From Candidatus Binataceae bacterium (GTDB lineage Bacteria > Desulfobacterota > Binatia > Binatales > Binataceae): a DNA stretch of 26,216 nucleotides. The notes under the pieces were generated by a model that worked only from the letters and a program-made list of their open reading frames with translations, ran no database searches and was not told the origin of the DNA. Position numbers and translations under genes: made by a program. Below, piece after piece: positions 7,772-16,896 of this stretch. The stretch spans positions 1 through 26,216 of the forward strand of contig DASXNP010000161.1 in the NCBI GenBank assembly GCA_036494985.1, written 5' to 3'. Position 1 is the first letter of the stretch; each line of letters begins with the position of its first letter.

Positions 7772-8955
7772 TCTCCGCACCTTAGCATGGAGGCCTCTTG
7801 CGGTCCGATCAGCAGTGCGTTGGCGCGCGACAGCGTACTGAGCACGCCGGAACTCTGACTTCCCGTTGCGGTCGCAATTAGCCCGTCACCTTCGCGGACC
7901 ACCTTGACCCGCACAAACTCGGTTAGATTGGCAGATTTCCGAATGTCGGCGCCGCATCTTACTTGCACCTTGGCCAGTCCGAGTCGCGAGCGCCCGCCCA
8001 ACTTTTGCAGCGCGGGCAGCGCGTAGAGATAGAAACAAACCATCGTCGAGACCGGATTCCCGGGGAGGCCGAAGAGCAGCTTGGTCCCGACCGTGCCGAA
8101 GGCCAATGGTTTGCCGGGCTTTTGAGCAACGCCATGAAACATCTCGCGCATACCGAGGCGCTTTAGCTCGGCGCTTACATAGTCGAACTGTCCGACCGAA
8201 ACTCCGCCGGTGGAGAGAACCACATCGAAGGCGAACGCCTGGGCCAATCGTTGCCGGATCAGTTCGGGGCGATCGCGGGCGATCGGCATCAAAATGGGTT
8301 CGGCTCCCGCCCCGATCACGGCCGCGGCCAAAGCGTACCCGCTCGAATTAACTACTTGCGCGCCGGTCGGGACTTGGTCCACTTCGACTAATTCGTCACC
8401 GGTCGCCACTATCCCTACTCGCGGTTTGCGCCAAACTTCGACGGTCGATCGATTCAGCGAAGCGAGCATTCCAATATCGGCCGCGCCCAGTTCCGTGCCG
8501 GCGCCCAAGGCCAATTCGTCCAGCCGCAGGTCCTCGCCCCGGGGCCGGATGAAGTTCCGGGGCGGCGCGTCGGCCATCAGCTCGACCACGTCGCCGCTTT
8601 GCCGGGTACGCTCAAGCTGGACGATAGCGTCGGCACCTTCGGGCATTGCCGCTCCGGTCATGATTCGGCTGGCCGTGCCCGGCAAGACCCTTACCGTCGG
8701 CATCCGCCCCGCCCCGATTGTGTCCACCACGCGCAGGCGCACGGGTGACGCCTCGCTGGCGCCGGCGGCGTCAGCCGATCGCACTGCGTATCCGTCCATC
8801 GCCGAGTTGTCGAATCCGGGGATATCGCGCGGCGAGCGAATATCCTCACAGAGCACCCGTCCTAGGGCTTCGCGAATCGTCACGCGCTCGACGCCCAACG
8901 GCGCGGCGCATTCCAAGACGATTTCCAGCGCGCGATTTGCGGAGATCAGGTTCAT
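7708..8955 (-). CDS. moeA: Molybdopterin molybdenumtransferase
   Basis: PGFDNSAMDGYAV, RIMTGAAMPEGADA, ATGDEL, STGGVSVGQFD, KPGKP, GLPGNPVS and GSQSSG. Confidence 0.95.
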   Translation of the reverse strand: MNLISANRALEIVLECAAPLGVERVTIREALGRVLCEDIRSPRDIPGFDNSAMDGYAVRSADAAGASEASPVRLRVVDTIGAGRMPTVRVLPGTASRIMTGAAMPEGADAIVQLERTRQSGDVVELMADAPPRNFIRPRGEDLRLDELALGAGTELGAADIGMLASLNRSTVEVWRKPRVGIVATGDELVEVDQVPTGAQVVNSSGYALAAAVIGAGAEPILMPIARDRPELIRQRLAQAFAFDVVLSTGGVSVGQFDYVSAELKRLGMREMFHGVAQKPGKPLAFGTVGTKLLFGLPGNPVSTMVCFYLYALPALQKLGGRSRLGLAKVQVRCGADIRKSANLTEFVRVKVVREGDGLIATATGSQSSGVLSTLSRANALLIGPQEASMLRCGDYATVLLLDAGVVTMTEVGFD

Positions 8956-9274
8956 TTTTTGCGGCGTCGTCTGCGGATCACGACTACTTCACTTAGAGCC
9001 TAGGATAGGCATCCTGTTAAACCCCGAACAATGCTCGGGGCGCGGGGAAAGCGCGCTAGCGTTCTTAGCGCCGCGCCCCTTTGGCAAAGTAGACTGCTTT
9101 GGTGCTCGAATTCAGACGGTTGCGCGCGAACTGCGACCGCATCTTCTGCGCAATCAACGGTTAAATCTCACCCAGGCCCCAAAACGGTCTTTGTGCAAAG
9201 TACGGGCGGGGGAGTTTGGTTGTGAACCAGACTCCCAGACTTGGGAGGCAGCTCTGTGAGGGCCGACCACCCGC

Positions 9275-10333
9275 TTAGGGATCGTCGCGATTGATGGTCT
9301 CCTCGCGCGGCACCATCACTTCGTAGAAATTGGCATTGGGCGGCACGCAATCCCGCAACAGCGAGGGATTAAGGCGCTTGACGGCTGCGACCGAAGTGTC
9401 ATTCATCTGCGCAATGCGCCGAATTGAAGTTCCTCCGCGCACCGTGACTTTGCCGAGCGCGGGCCATTCGAGACTAAATCTGCGAATGCCGTAGGCTTCC
9501 GCGTCATGAGCAATGAATGCGACCGCCATAAAACGGTTCATCAACTGTTTGGTGCGCTGCGGCAGCCGGCTGGCCATTCGATCGTAGTCCGCGCCCTTTA
9601 CCTCGATGAAATGGTCCAGCGAGGCGTCGCCGGTGTTCCATCCCACCACCGCAAGCCGCCAGTCGTTGTACTGATCGTGCAGGCTGGCGAGGTACTCGGC
9701 CGCGGCCTCGGTTGACTTGATAGGATCGCGCCGCTCATCGACGAATTTATCTACTCGCAAGCCGAACCGTTTCGCGGTCGCCCTGGTTAGCTGCCAAGGG
9801 CCGGCTCCGCGCCCCCGAAAGTCACTTTCTGCAAAGGACAGGTAGACAAAATCGCGCGGTACGCCGCGGCCCTCCAGTTTCGAGACCATTGAGTCCAGGT
9901 ATGGAGCGCTGCGATCAAAGGCGAGTTGCAGGCCCTCGCTGTGTTCCAGGTATTGGTCAACGAACCCACGCACCGCCTGGTTCAGTTCGATAGGAAAAGG
10001 GGCCACCCGCCGGGGGAGGCTTCGGGCAAAGCCAAGCCCTGCCGGTCGCCGATCGGGCGGGAATTCGGGCGCCATTTCATCGCCTCCGAGCCCTGCCTCG
10101 TTCGCTGAGAATCGGTCTTGCGCACAGGGAGCGCGACAATCCGCCGCCGGGTCGATCAAATCAAAAAGCTCAGCCGCCACTGCTTGATACGACGAGGGCG
10201 AGGCCGAGGGAAGCGGCGATGATTGCTGCTGCGCAGCCGCGGGCGTGCTAGCTAGCGATTCCCCGCGCGCCTGCGCCAGCGCAAACGCCGCGACGATGGT
10301 CAGCAGGAGTGGTGTTTGCTGGAGCCTTACCAC
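9275..10333 (-). CDS. Secreted lytic transglycosylase, MltD-like SLT domain with one LysM-like element
   Basis: Signal peptide, then GVPRDFVYLSFAES (catalytic Glu), GPWQL, VDERRDPIKSTEAAAEYL, NDWRLAVVGWNTG, and C-terminal SIRRIAQMNDTSVAAVKRLNPSL. Confidence 0.8.
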   Translation of the reverse strand: MVRLQQTPLLLTIVAAFALAQARGESLASTPAAAQQQSSPLPSASPSSYQAVAAELFDLIDPAADCRAPCAQDRFSANEAGLGGDEMAPEFPPDRRPAGLGFARSLPRRVAPFPIELNQAVRGFVDQYLEHSEGLQLAFDRSAPYLDSMVSKLEGRGVPRDFVYLSFAESDFRGRGAGPWQLTRATAKRFGLRVDKFVDERRDPIKSTEAAAEYLASLHDQYNDWRLAVVGWNTGDASLDHFIEVKGADYDRMASRLPQRTKQLMNRFMAVAFIAHDAEAYGIRRFSLEWPALGKVTVRGGTSIRRIAQMNDTSVAAVKRLNPSLLRDCVPPNANFYEVMVPREETINRDDP

Positions 10334-10383
10334 GCTGCCGACGGAGGCTAGCCGTCGCGGGATGTGAGATCAACCCCCGTTCA

Positions 10384-10398
10384 ATTAGAAATTCTAAT
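10384..10398. promoter_or_regulatory. Perfect AT-rich 7-1-7 palindrome ATTAGAA-A-TTCTAAT; candidate transcription factor site
   Basis: Seen directly in the divergent mltD-like/ntrB intergenic region. The cognate regulator is unknown. Confidence 0.45.
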
Positions 10399-10590
10399 CT
10401 CAAACAGTATTGTGCATCATCGTGGGCCTGTGGATTGGTTTATACTTGTTGAGCAAAATGTGCCCGTAGGACATAAGCGAAATCGATCGAGCCCGATCGG
10501 AGGCGAGAGTTCACTGGATGTGTTAAAGTCCAATCTCGGACCGGCTACGGCAAAGCTCGCGAAATCGAAGAGCGCAGCGGGGCGCGACCT

Positions 10591-11778
10591 ATGAACCTCT
10601 GGCGAGACATTCTCGATAGTCTCAACGATGCCGTCATCGCACTCTCTACCAGTCTCGAACTAAAGGCGATCAATCCGGCCGGCGAAACGCTGCTCGGGGT
10701 CTCGCAGGCCAACTCGGCGCTGATTCGTGACCTAATAAAAGGCAACGACTGGCTGCTTGGGATGCTTCGGGTTTCGCTACTTCATGGCGAAGACCTAAGC
10801 TACGCGGAGGCAACGCTGAAGCTGGCAGGGCGCGAGATCGCAGTCCGCGCGGAGGTCTCACCCCTCTTTGATGAAAGCGGTCGTTCCGATGGTGCGGTTC
10901 TGTTGATTCATGATCTATCCCATCAGCGCGCGGCGCAAAATCTCCTGAACGACCCCGAAGAGGCCCATCTGGGGCTCTCGCCTGCGGGGCTGGCCCATGA
11001 GGTCAAGAACCCGCTGACCGGAATCAAAGGAGCCGCCGAGCTGATGGCTGGATTGTTGCCGAATGATTCGCGGGCTCAGCAGTACGGCGCCCTTATTATG
11101 GAAGGTGTAAGTCGCATCCAAAGCCTCGTGGAACAAGTTCTCTCCGTCAGCGGTCCACAACGGCTCAAGCGCGAGCCGATCAACATCCATCAAGTGCTTC
11201 ACAAATCGCTCGCCCTGGCCGGACTGCACCCCAATCCTCGCCCGGGCGTACGCGTCGAAGAACTGTTCGATCCGAGCCTTCCCGAGATTCTCGGCGATTC
11301 AGACGCGCTCGAACGGGTCTTCCTGAATTTGCTCAAAAACGCCCTGGAGGCGGTCGAACCCTTCGGGACCATCCGGCTGCGTACCCGAATCGAGACTCAG
11401 TTCCGGCGTACGCCCGGCGGAAAGCATCGGCAGTTCTTACGGGTCGAGGTCAGCGACAGCGGCAAAGGCATGCCCGCATCAGATCTAAACCGCCTCTTTA
11501 CCCCATTCTTCACGACCAAGCCGCAAGGCACCGGATTGGGACTGGTCCTGAGCCAGCGGATTATCGCGCTCCATGGGGGCAAACTATGGGCCGAACCCTC
11601 TAATCGCGAGGCCTCGTCGATCCGAATCAGCACCAGTCGCGCTCCAATCGAGGAAGGCTCTTCACGTCGAGCCGGCTCGTTTGGCAGCGATCGTGCTACC
11701 CGTGATGACACCGGAGATCGCTCAAGCCTAGGTGGCCTTACTTTCAAGGTGACCCTGCCAATAGATTCCGGTCCTTGA
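10591..11778 (+). CDS. ntrB: PAS-HisKA-HATPase sensor histidine kinase, NtrB-like
   Basis: N-terminal PAS (ILDSLNDAVI...INPAGETLLG), H-box AGLAHEVKNPLTGIKGAAEL, N-box FLNLLKNALEA, DSGKG and FTPFFTTKPQGTGLGL. Confidence 0.8.
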   Translation: MNLWRDILDSLNDAVIALSTSLELKAINPAGETLLGVSQANSALIRDLIKGNDWLLGMLRVSLLHGEDLSYAEATLKLAGREIAVRAEVSPLFDESGRSDGAVLLIHDLSHQRAAQNLLNDPEEAHLGLSPAGLAHEVKNPLTGIKGAAELMAGLLPNDSRAQQYGALIMEGVSRIQSLVEQVLSVSGPQRLKREPINIHQVLHKSLALAGLHPNPRPGVRVEELFDPSLPEILGDSDALERVFLNLLKNALEAVEPFGTIRLRTRIETQFRRTPGGKHRQFLRVEVSDSGKGMPASDLNRLFTPFFTTKPQGTGLGLVLSQRIIALHGGKLWAEPSNREASSIRISTSRAPIEEGSSRRAGSFGSDRATRDDTGDRSSLGGLTFKVTLPIDSGP

Positions 11779-11936
11779 CCGCGCTTCGAGACGCAAAGCA
11801 CCGGGCACCTGGATAACATAGGCGCCCGGTTCCGATCCGTCCCCGCAACCGATGCTCAAAAAATAGGCGACGGACTCGCGCTTTGTCCTCATTGGCGACT
11901 ATCATATCGATTTGGAGTAACAGCGAATCTCTACCT

Positions 11937-13424
11937 ATGGCAGAACCGGCCGCGACCAACCAACCATCTATCGAGGTCCTAATCGCCGACGACGACCCGG
12001 CGATCCGCTTGGTGCTGCGCCACCGTCTCGAAGCGGCGGGTTTCCGGGTCAGCGAAGCAACCGATTCACAGAGTGCGCTTGCTGAGCTGCGCAGCGACCG
12101 ATTCGAAGTAGCGTTGCTCGATATCATGATGCCGGGAGTTGGGGGGCTGGAGGTTTTGTCCATCGCGCGGGCCGAACACGTCCGCACCTTGATCATCGTC
12201 ATCACTGCCGCGTCGACGATGACCAACGCGGTCGAGGCAATGAAGCGCGGTGCCCACGACTATCTGACTAAACCCTTCGCCAATCTCGACCTCGTGGCGA
12301 AGCTAGTCGAGCGGGCCGCAGAAGCCGCCGTCTACCCCGATGACGCCCGGCGCATAAGTCTCGACGGCGGGCGCCAGCTTGTCGGCGGTGAAATTGTCGG
12401 TCGCAGCGCGGCTATGCAGGAAATCTACAAGCTGATCGGACGTTTGGTGAACAACGAGGCCAACATCTTGATTTCAGGCGAGTCCGGCACCGGCAAGGAA
12501 CTGGTGGCGCGCGCGATTCACTTCAAGTCAGAGCGATGGCGCGAACCATTCGTTGCGGTCAACTGTTCGGCAATTCCCCATGGGCTGCTGGAAAGTGAGC
12601 TGTTCGGGCACGAACGAGGATCATTTACTGGGGCAACGGAACGCCGAGCGGGCAAGTTCGAAATCGCGGGTGCGGGGACGATCTTCCTCGACGAAATCAG
12701 CGACATGCCTTTGGAGCTTCAGCCCAAACTCCTGCGAGCATTACAAGAGCGCGAATTCGCTCGGGTCGGTGGATCCGAAAATAACCGCTTGCGAGCACGA
12801 ATTATCGCCGCGTCGAACCAAGACCTGGAGCATGCGGTTGCAATGCGAAGGTTCCGCGAGGACCTCTATTTTCGGCTGAGAGTCATCCCCATCCACATGC
12901 CGCCGCTTCGGGAGCGCCGCGAAGACATTCCCGAGTTGATTGACCACTTCATTGCTAAGGCTGCCCGCGAGCTGGGAGCCAACGCAATCGGCGTCAGCCC
13001 CGAGGCGCGCGCGATGCTCTCGGAGCACCCATGGCCCGGCAATGTGCGCGAGCTGGAAAATTGTGTGCTGCGCGCTGCTATCCTCGCGCCGGGCAAGACC
13101 ATCGCCCCGGCCGATATCGACCTGACGCGCGCGTCGGGCCGGCAGCCGGAGAGTCCAGTCGATTCCGGCGCATCGCTTCCGCAGTTGATCGCGCGGCGCA
13201 TCCGCGACTACCTCGACGAAATAGATCAGGTCGAGGGCGCCGAGCCCCTGGACCTGTACGGCAAGATGGTAGCCGAAATCGAGCGTCCGCTGATCGAGCT
13301 GACGCTCGATCGTGCCGGAGGTAACCAGGTGCGCGCCGCGCGGATGCTGGGGCTCAATCGCAACACACTGCGCAAGAAGATCACCGAATTGCGAATCGTC
13401 TTGCGCAAGGGTCCGACCGACTAG
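11937..13424 (+). CDS. ntrC: Sigma54-dependent response regulator (REC-AAA+-Fis HTH), NtrC-like, 495 aa
   Basis: REC (ADDD, LDIMMP), Walker [50 protein letters not shown] and [21 protein letters not shown]. Start placed at ATG 11937. Confidence 0.85.
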   Translation: MAEPAATNQPSIEVLIADDDPAIRLVLRHRLEAAGFRVSEATDSQSALAELRSDRFEVALLDIMMPGVGGLEVLSIARAEHVRTLIIVITAASTMTNAVEAMKRGAHDYLTKPFANLDLVAKLVERAAEAAVYPDDARRISLDGGRQLVGGEIVGRSAAMQEIYKLIGRLVNNEANILISGESGTGKELVARAIHFKSERWREPFVAVNCSAIPHGLLESELFGHERGSFTGATERRAGKFEIAGAGTIFLDEISDMPLELQPKLLRALQEREFARVGGSENNRLRARIIAASNQDLEHAVAMRRFREDLYFRLRVIPIHMPPLRERREDIPELIDHFIAKAARELGANAIGVSPEARAMLSEHPWPGNVRELENCVLRAAILAPGKTIAPADIDLTRASGRQPESPVDSGASLPQLIARRIRDYLDEIDQVEGAEPLDLYGKMVAEIERPLIELTLDRAGGNQVRAARMLGLNRNTLRKKITELRIVLRKGPTD

Positions 13425-13466
13425 GCGGCAGCCGGACTGTAGCTTTTATCAATCGAGCTTGCGGCC

Positions 13467-14081
13467 TTGAAGTTCTCGCTGCCCTCTCATTACTACGCCA
13501 TAGCCGATCCGATCGGCGGTCGTGACCCGGTCGATCTGGCCGCCCAACTGGTCGACAACGGTGCGCGGATTGTTCAGCTTCGAATGAAGGAGGCGCCGAT
13601 TCGCGACCTAATCGGCGCCGCGAACGCCGTTGCGAAGATCTGCCATACGGCCGGCGCCTTATTCATCGTTAACGATCGAGCCGACGTCGCCTTGTTGTGC
13701 GGTGCCGACGGGGTGCATCTTGGACAGACCGACCTTCCTTGCCGGGCCGCGCGGCGGCTTTTGGGCTCGGATTCGATAATCGGCGTGTCGACTCACAGCG
13801 TCGAGCAAGCGCGATACGCCGAGCGCGCCGGCGCTGATTACATCGGATTTGGGCCGATTTACCCGGGCGGCGCGAAGAATACAGTAAGCGCGCAAGGTCT
13901 TGAGCGCTTGCAAGAAGTGCGCGCGGCCGTGGGGCTGCCGATCGTTGCAATTGGTGGGATCACCGAAAGTACCGTACCCGAGGTCATTGGCGCCGGCGCG
14001 AATGCGGTGGCGATCATCTCGGACGTCGCGCTAGCACCGGACGTCCCCGCCAAAGTCCGCGCGATCCTCGGTCGCACTTGA
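13467..14081 (+). CDS. thiE: Thiamine-phosphate synthase
   Basis: VQLRMK, FIVNDRADVA, ADGVHLGQTD, IGVSTHS, ADYIGFGP and VAIGGI. Confidence 0.9.
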   Translation: MKFSLPSHYYAIADPIGGRDPVDLAAQLVDNGARIVQLRMKEAPIRDLIGAANAVAKICHTAGALFIVNDRADVALLCGADGVHLGQTDLPCRAARRLLGSDSIIGVSTHSVEQARYAERAGADYIGFGPIYPGGAKNTVSAQGLERLQEVRAAVGLPIVAIGGITESTVPEVIGAGANAVAIISDVALAPDVPAKVRAILGRT

Positions 14082-14118
14082 TATCCCTGACGGCCGACCG
14101 TGGTGAGGGGGCGCCTCA

Positions 14119-14694
14119 TCACCTTTCTGATTGCTTCTTCATTTCGCCTTCGACCACGTACGCGTTAAATTCGCCGCGGGTTGGATCGGCGGTGGTTTGG
14201 CCGGTGGAGAGGTACTCGATCGTCCCCGGAGAGGGAAGGATCATCGCAAATGTTCCGCTGCTGTCGCCGCAGGTGCTGCTCGAGGAACCGGAGAAGTTCA
14301 GCTCCAGCAAGCCTATTCCGTCAGGCCGCACCACGTAGGTGCCCTTGATCTTGTAGTCGCATACCACCTGGCCGTAGTAGTGGAGGCCGCTTGGGCGAGC
14401 CGCGCCGGTGGCAGTCTCGGTGCCGCTGACTGTGCCGAGTCCGGTAAGACCGCCCGCGCCGTTGAAAGTGATGATCCCGATGGACCCAATGAACTGAGCA
14501 GTCGCGCCGCTGAGATCCGGAGTTGTGAACAAGGCATGACCGGAACAACGAAAGACGTAGGGGCCTTTCAGGGTCGAATTTGAGAATTCCTGGTCGGCAG
14601 CCGGTAGACGGGCGGCGCTTAGAACCAGCACCGAACCCACAGCCGCAAGGACTGTCAGGACAGCCCCGACAACACGTGGAGAAGGACTCTTCAT
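14119..14694 (-). CDS. Secreted hypothetical beta-rich protein, 191 aa
   Basis: GGAGG RBS, N-terminal signal peptide, Gly/Thr/Ser-rich beta strands (IITFNGAGGLTG, GTYVVRPDGIG) and three Cys. Confidence 0.75.
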   Translation of the reverse strand: MKSPSPRVVGAVLTVLAAVGSVLVLSAARLPAADQEFSNSTLKGPYVFRCSGHALFTTPDLSGATAQFIGSIGIITFNGAGGLTGLGTVSGTETATGAARPSGLHYYGQVVCDYKIKGTYVVRPDGIGLLELNFSGSSSSTCGDSSGTFAMILPSPGTIEYLSTGQTTADPTRGEFNAYVVEGEMKKQSER

Positions 14695-14898
14695 CGGCTA
14701 ATCCTCCTGTGAACTCCACCGAATCGCGGTTCGGCACGAGCATCACGACTTATGCGATGAAGTAGCCCCGCTTACATATAAATTCAACCCGGCTCCAACC
14801 GGGCGAGTGCCTTGGCGTCGTGGGTAAGCTTTGCAGGCGACGGGCGTCGCGGGCAAAGAGGCAGTCGGCGCGGCACGCAGTGCCTTCTTCGTACCCTT

Positions 14899-15300
14899 TT
14901 ACCGGCCGTCGATAAAAACTTGGCGGCTCTCGAAGAGCCATCGCCCGTCGACCTTGCGCAGTTTGTCGCGATAGCCGCCCATCCCGGCCAACTCCGTTGT
15001 GCCGTGCTTGGTGTGGTAATAGCTCAGATAGCAAGTGCCGGTGGCGCGATCGCCTTCGATGTCCACCAGTACGTTAGTAATGACGTGGCGGACCTTCGCT
15101 CCGCCGAGCGACTCACGGTAGATGGCCGCGAACTTGCGAAGCCCGTCGCGGCCGACATGTCGACCAAAGCGCGGACTGTCAAAGGTTCCGTCGTTGGTGA
15201 AGCAATCGATCCACCGGTCATAGTGCCCTTCGTCGATTTCCAGCGCGTAGCGGAAGTACAAGTCGCGGATAGCCGGGCGTTCTTCCTGTAACTGTCCCAT
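14899..15300 (-). CDS. NTF2-like SnoaL_4 family protein (LinA/BaiE/scytalone dehydratase-like), 133 aa
   Basis: IRDLYFRYALEID, DCFTNDG, RHVITN and GYRDKLRKVDGRWLF. Start at ATG 15300 with GGGAG RBS. Confidence 0.8.
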   Translation of the reverse strand: MGQLQEERPAIRDLYFRYALEIDEGHYDRWIDCFTNDGTFDSPRFGRHVGRDGLRKFAAIYRESLGGAKVRHVITNVLVDIEGDRATGTCYLSYYHTKHGTTELAGMGGYRDKLRKVDGRWLFESRQVFIDGR

Positions 15301-15326
15301 ACGATCTCCCCAAGAGGCGGGCGGCA

Positions 15327-16553
15327 TTAGATCACCCCCGACTCGCGAAATTTCGCAATCTCTTCCCAACTGTAGCCGAGCATTGCGGTAAGTATCTCCT
15401 CGGTCTGTTCGCCAAACTCAGGCGCGTGGCCGCGTGGATTGCCGGGCGTCTTGCTCAGTTTGACCGGCATTCCGACGAGCTGCATCGAACCGAGTTGCGG
15501 ATGGTCATAATCGACCACGTATTCGTTGGCGAGCACCTGTGGGTCGGAGGGCAGATCGGCCACCGTGTTTACCACCGTGTAGATGAAGTCGCCTCCATCC
15601 TTGAGGATTTTCATCCATTCGGCGCGGGGCTTGGTATAGAAGATTCGATCGAGCAGCGCTACCAGCTCGGGCGCGTTCTTGCCCCGCGAGCGCATGTCGA
15701 CGAAGCGAGGGTCGGCGATTAGCTCGGCGATCCCCAGTACGCGACAGAACTCCTTCCAATAGCGGTCGGGCTGGAGCATCGCGAGCGCTAACCATTTGTC
15801 ATCGGCGCATTTGTAATGATTCCACAGCGGATTAAAGGAGGTCTCGCGCGGATTGCGAGCCATCTCGAAGCCCATGATGGTCCGGCACGCCAAATTGAGC
15901 CCTTGAAGCGCGATCATCGAACCAAGATGAGACGCGTCGACCTCCTGGCCGACCCCGTAGCGTTCGCGAGCGAGCAGCGCGGTGATTACCCCGTAGGCCA
16001 GCATGATCGCGCCCATCTGGTCGGCAATTCCGCCGAACACATAGCTGGGCGGGTTGCCCGGCGCACCCACCGCATTCATGATTCCCGATCGGGCCTGACC
16101 CAGATAGTCGAACGAAGGCTCCGCGCTGTCCGGACCAAGTGGCCCGTATCCGGAGGCGCTCGCGTAGATCAATTGCGGGTTGAGCGCGCTCAATTCAGCG
16201 TAGCCCAGGCCCAGCCGGTTGGCCACGCCCTTGCGGAAATTTTGAACGAACACGTCGGACCGCGCCACCAGCCGATGCGCGATCTGACGACCCTCGGCCG
16301 TCTTGAGATTGAGAGTGACGCTCCTTTTGTGACGATTGTTAGCCTCGAAATAAAAGTTGCGCAGGCCCTTGACGGTCGAAGCTCCGGCCATCGACATGAT
16401 GCCGCGGCCCGGGTCTCCTTTTTCGCATTCTTCGATCTTGATCACTTCAGCACCAAGATCGGCCAGCATCGCGGTAGCCACCGGTCCCTGCTGCCAGATG
16501 GTCAAATCGACGATACGAATGCCGGACAAGGGCGCGCCGCTCTGTTCATTCAT
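15327..16553 (-). CDS. Family III CoA-transferase (CaiB/BaiF)
   Basis: PLSGIRIVDLT...GP...LADLGAEVIKIE, NRHKRSVTLNLK, DVFVQNFR, SASGYG, catalytic Asp in GIADQMG, and C-terminal APEFGEQT. Confidence 0.92.
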   Translation of the reverse strand: MNEQSGAPLSGIRIVDLTIWQQGPVATAMLADLGAEVIKIEECEKGDPGRGIMSMAGASTVKGLRNFYFEANNRHKRSVTLNLKTAEGRQIAHRLVARSDVFVQNFRKGVANRLGLGYAELSALNPQLIYASASGYGPLGPDSAEPSFDYLGQARSGIMNAVGAPGNPPSYVFGGIADQMGAIMLAYGVITALLARERYGVGQEVDASHLGSMIALQGLNLACRTIMGFEMARNPRETSFNPLWNHYKCADDKWLALAMLQPDRYWKEFCRVLGIAELIADPRFVDMRSRGKNAPELVALLDRIFYTKPRAEWMKILKDGGDFIYTVVNTVADLPSDPQVLANEYVVDYDHPQLGSMQLVGMPVKLSKTPGNPRGHAPEFGEQTEEILTAMLGYSWEEIAKFRESGVI

Positions 16554-16560
16554 GTAGCTG

Positions 16561-16569
16561 TCTATACCA
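16561..16569 (-). promoter_or_regulatory. Extended -10 promoter (TG-G-TATAGA), probably giving a leaderless CoA-transferase mRNA
   Basis: The element ends 7 nt before ATG 16553 and there is no SD. Confidence 0.4.
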
Positions 16570-16896
16570 CAAATCGCACCGAAGATGAGCGTGCGCGCAA
16601 GCGCTTGAGTTTGAACGACGAAAAATCGATCTATGGTTTGGGCCCCTGTTGAACGTGCTCCTGAACTTTAGGTTTGCCCTTTGCGCCCATTTGCGAAAGG
16701 TGAGGAGCCCTATAGTCGCAGGCCGCCCTGAGAATCGGTGCTACTTCCTGGGAGCGGATCGAAGAACTCAATTTGTGGGCAATGCGGCATTCGAATCGAC
16801 TTCGCTTAGAATACGATCTGTCGCAACTGTGGTGCTTAACGCCAAACCTCACAGTGGCACGCGCGGCGCCGGTAGGCTATCGGACGGGCTGGAACC

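Noticed and set aside
8210-9259. 349-aa plus-strand ORF reaching into the moeA-mltD gap
   Set aside because: About 70% is antisense to moeA. The unique tail has no clear start, RBS or recognisable motif.
9230-9260. GCCTCCC on the moeA strand as a Moco riboswitch; GTGAACC...GGAGGCAGC as SRP RNA
   Set aside because: The rest of the Moco consensus (upstream stems, GGAAAGG end) is absent. The SRP CAGG/GGAA helix is missing.
10541-10556. GG-N10-GC as a sigma54 promoter for ntrB
   Set aside because: Only the dinucleotides match (CGGCTAC...AAGC), which is too weak in GC-rich DNA.
16660-16760. Riboswitch-like words: CTGAGA (TPP) on plus, GGGCAAACC and GGGCGCAAAG (c-di-GMP-I) on minus
   Set aside because: The remaining TPP core is missing. 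The c-di-GMP elements are in the wrong order and lack the GAAA tetraloop.
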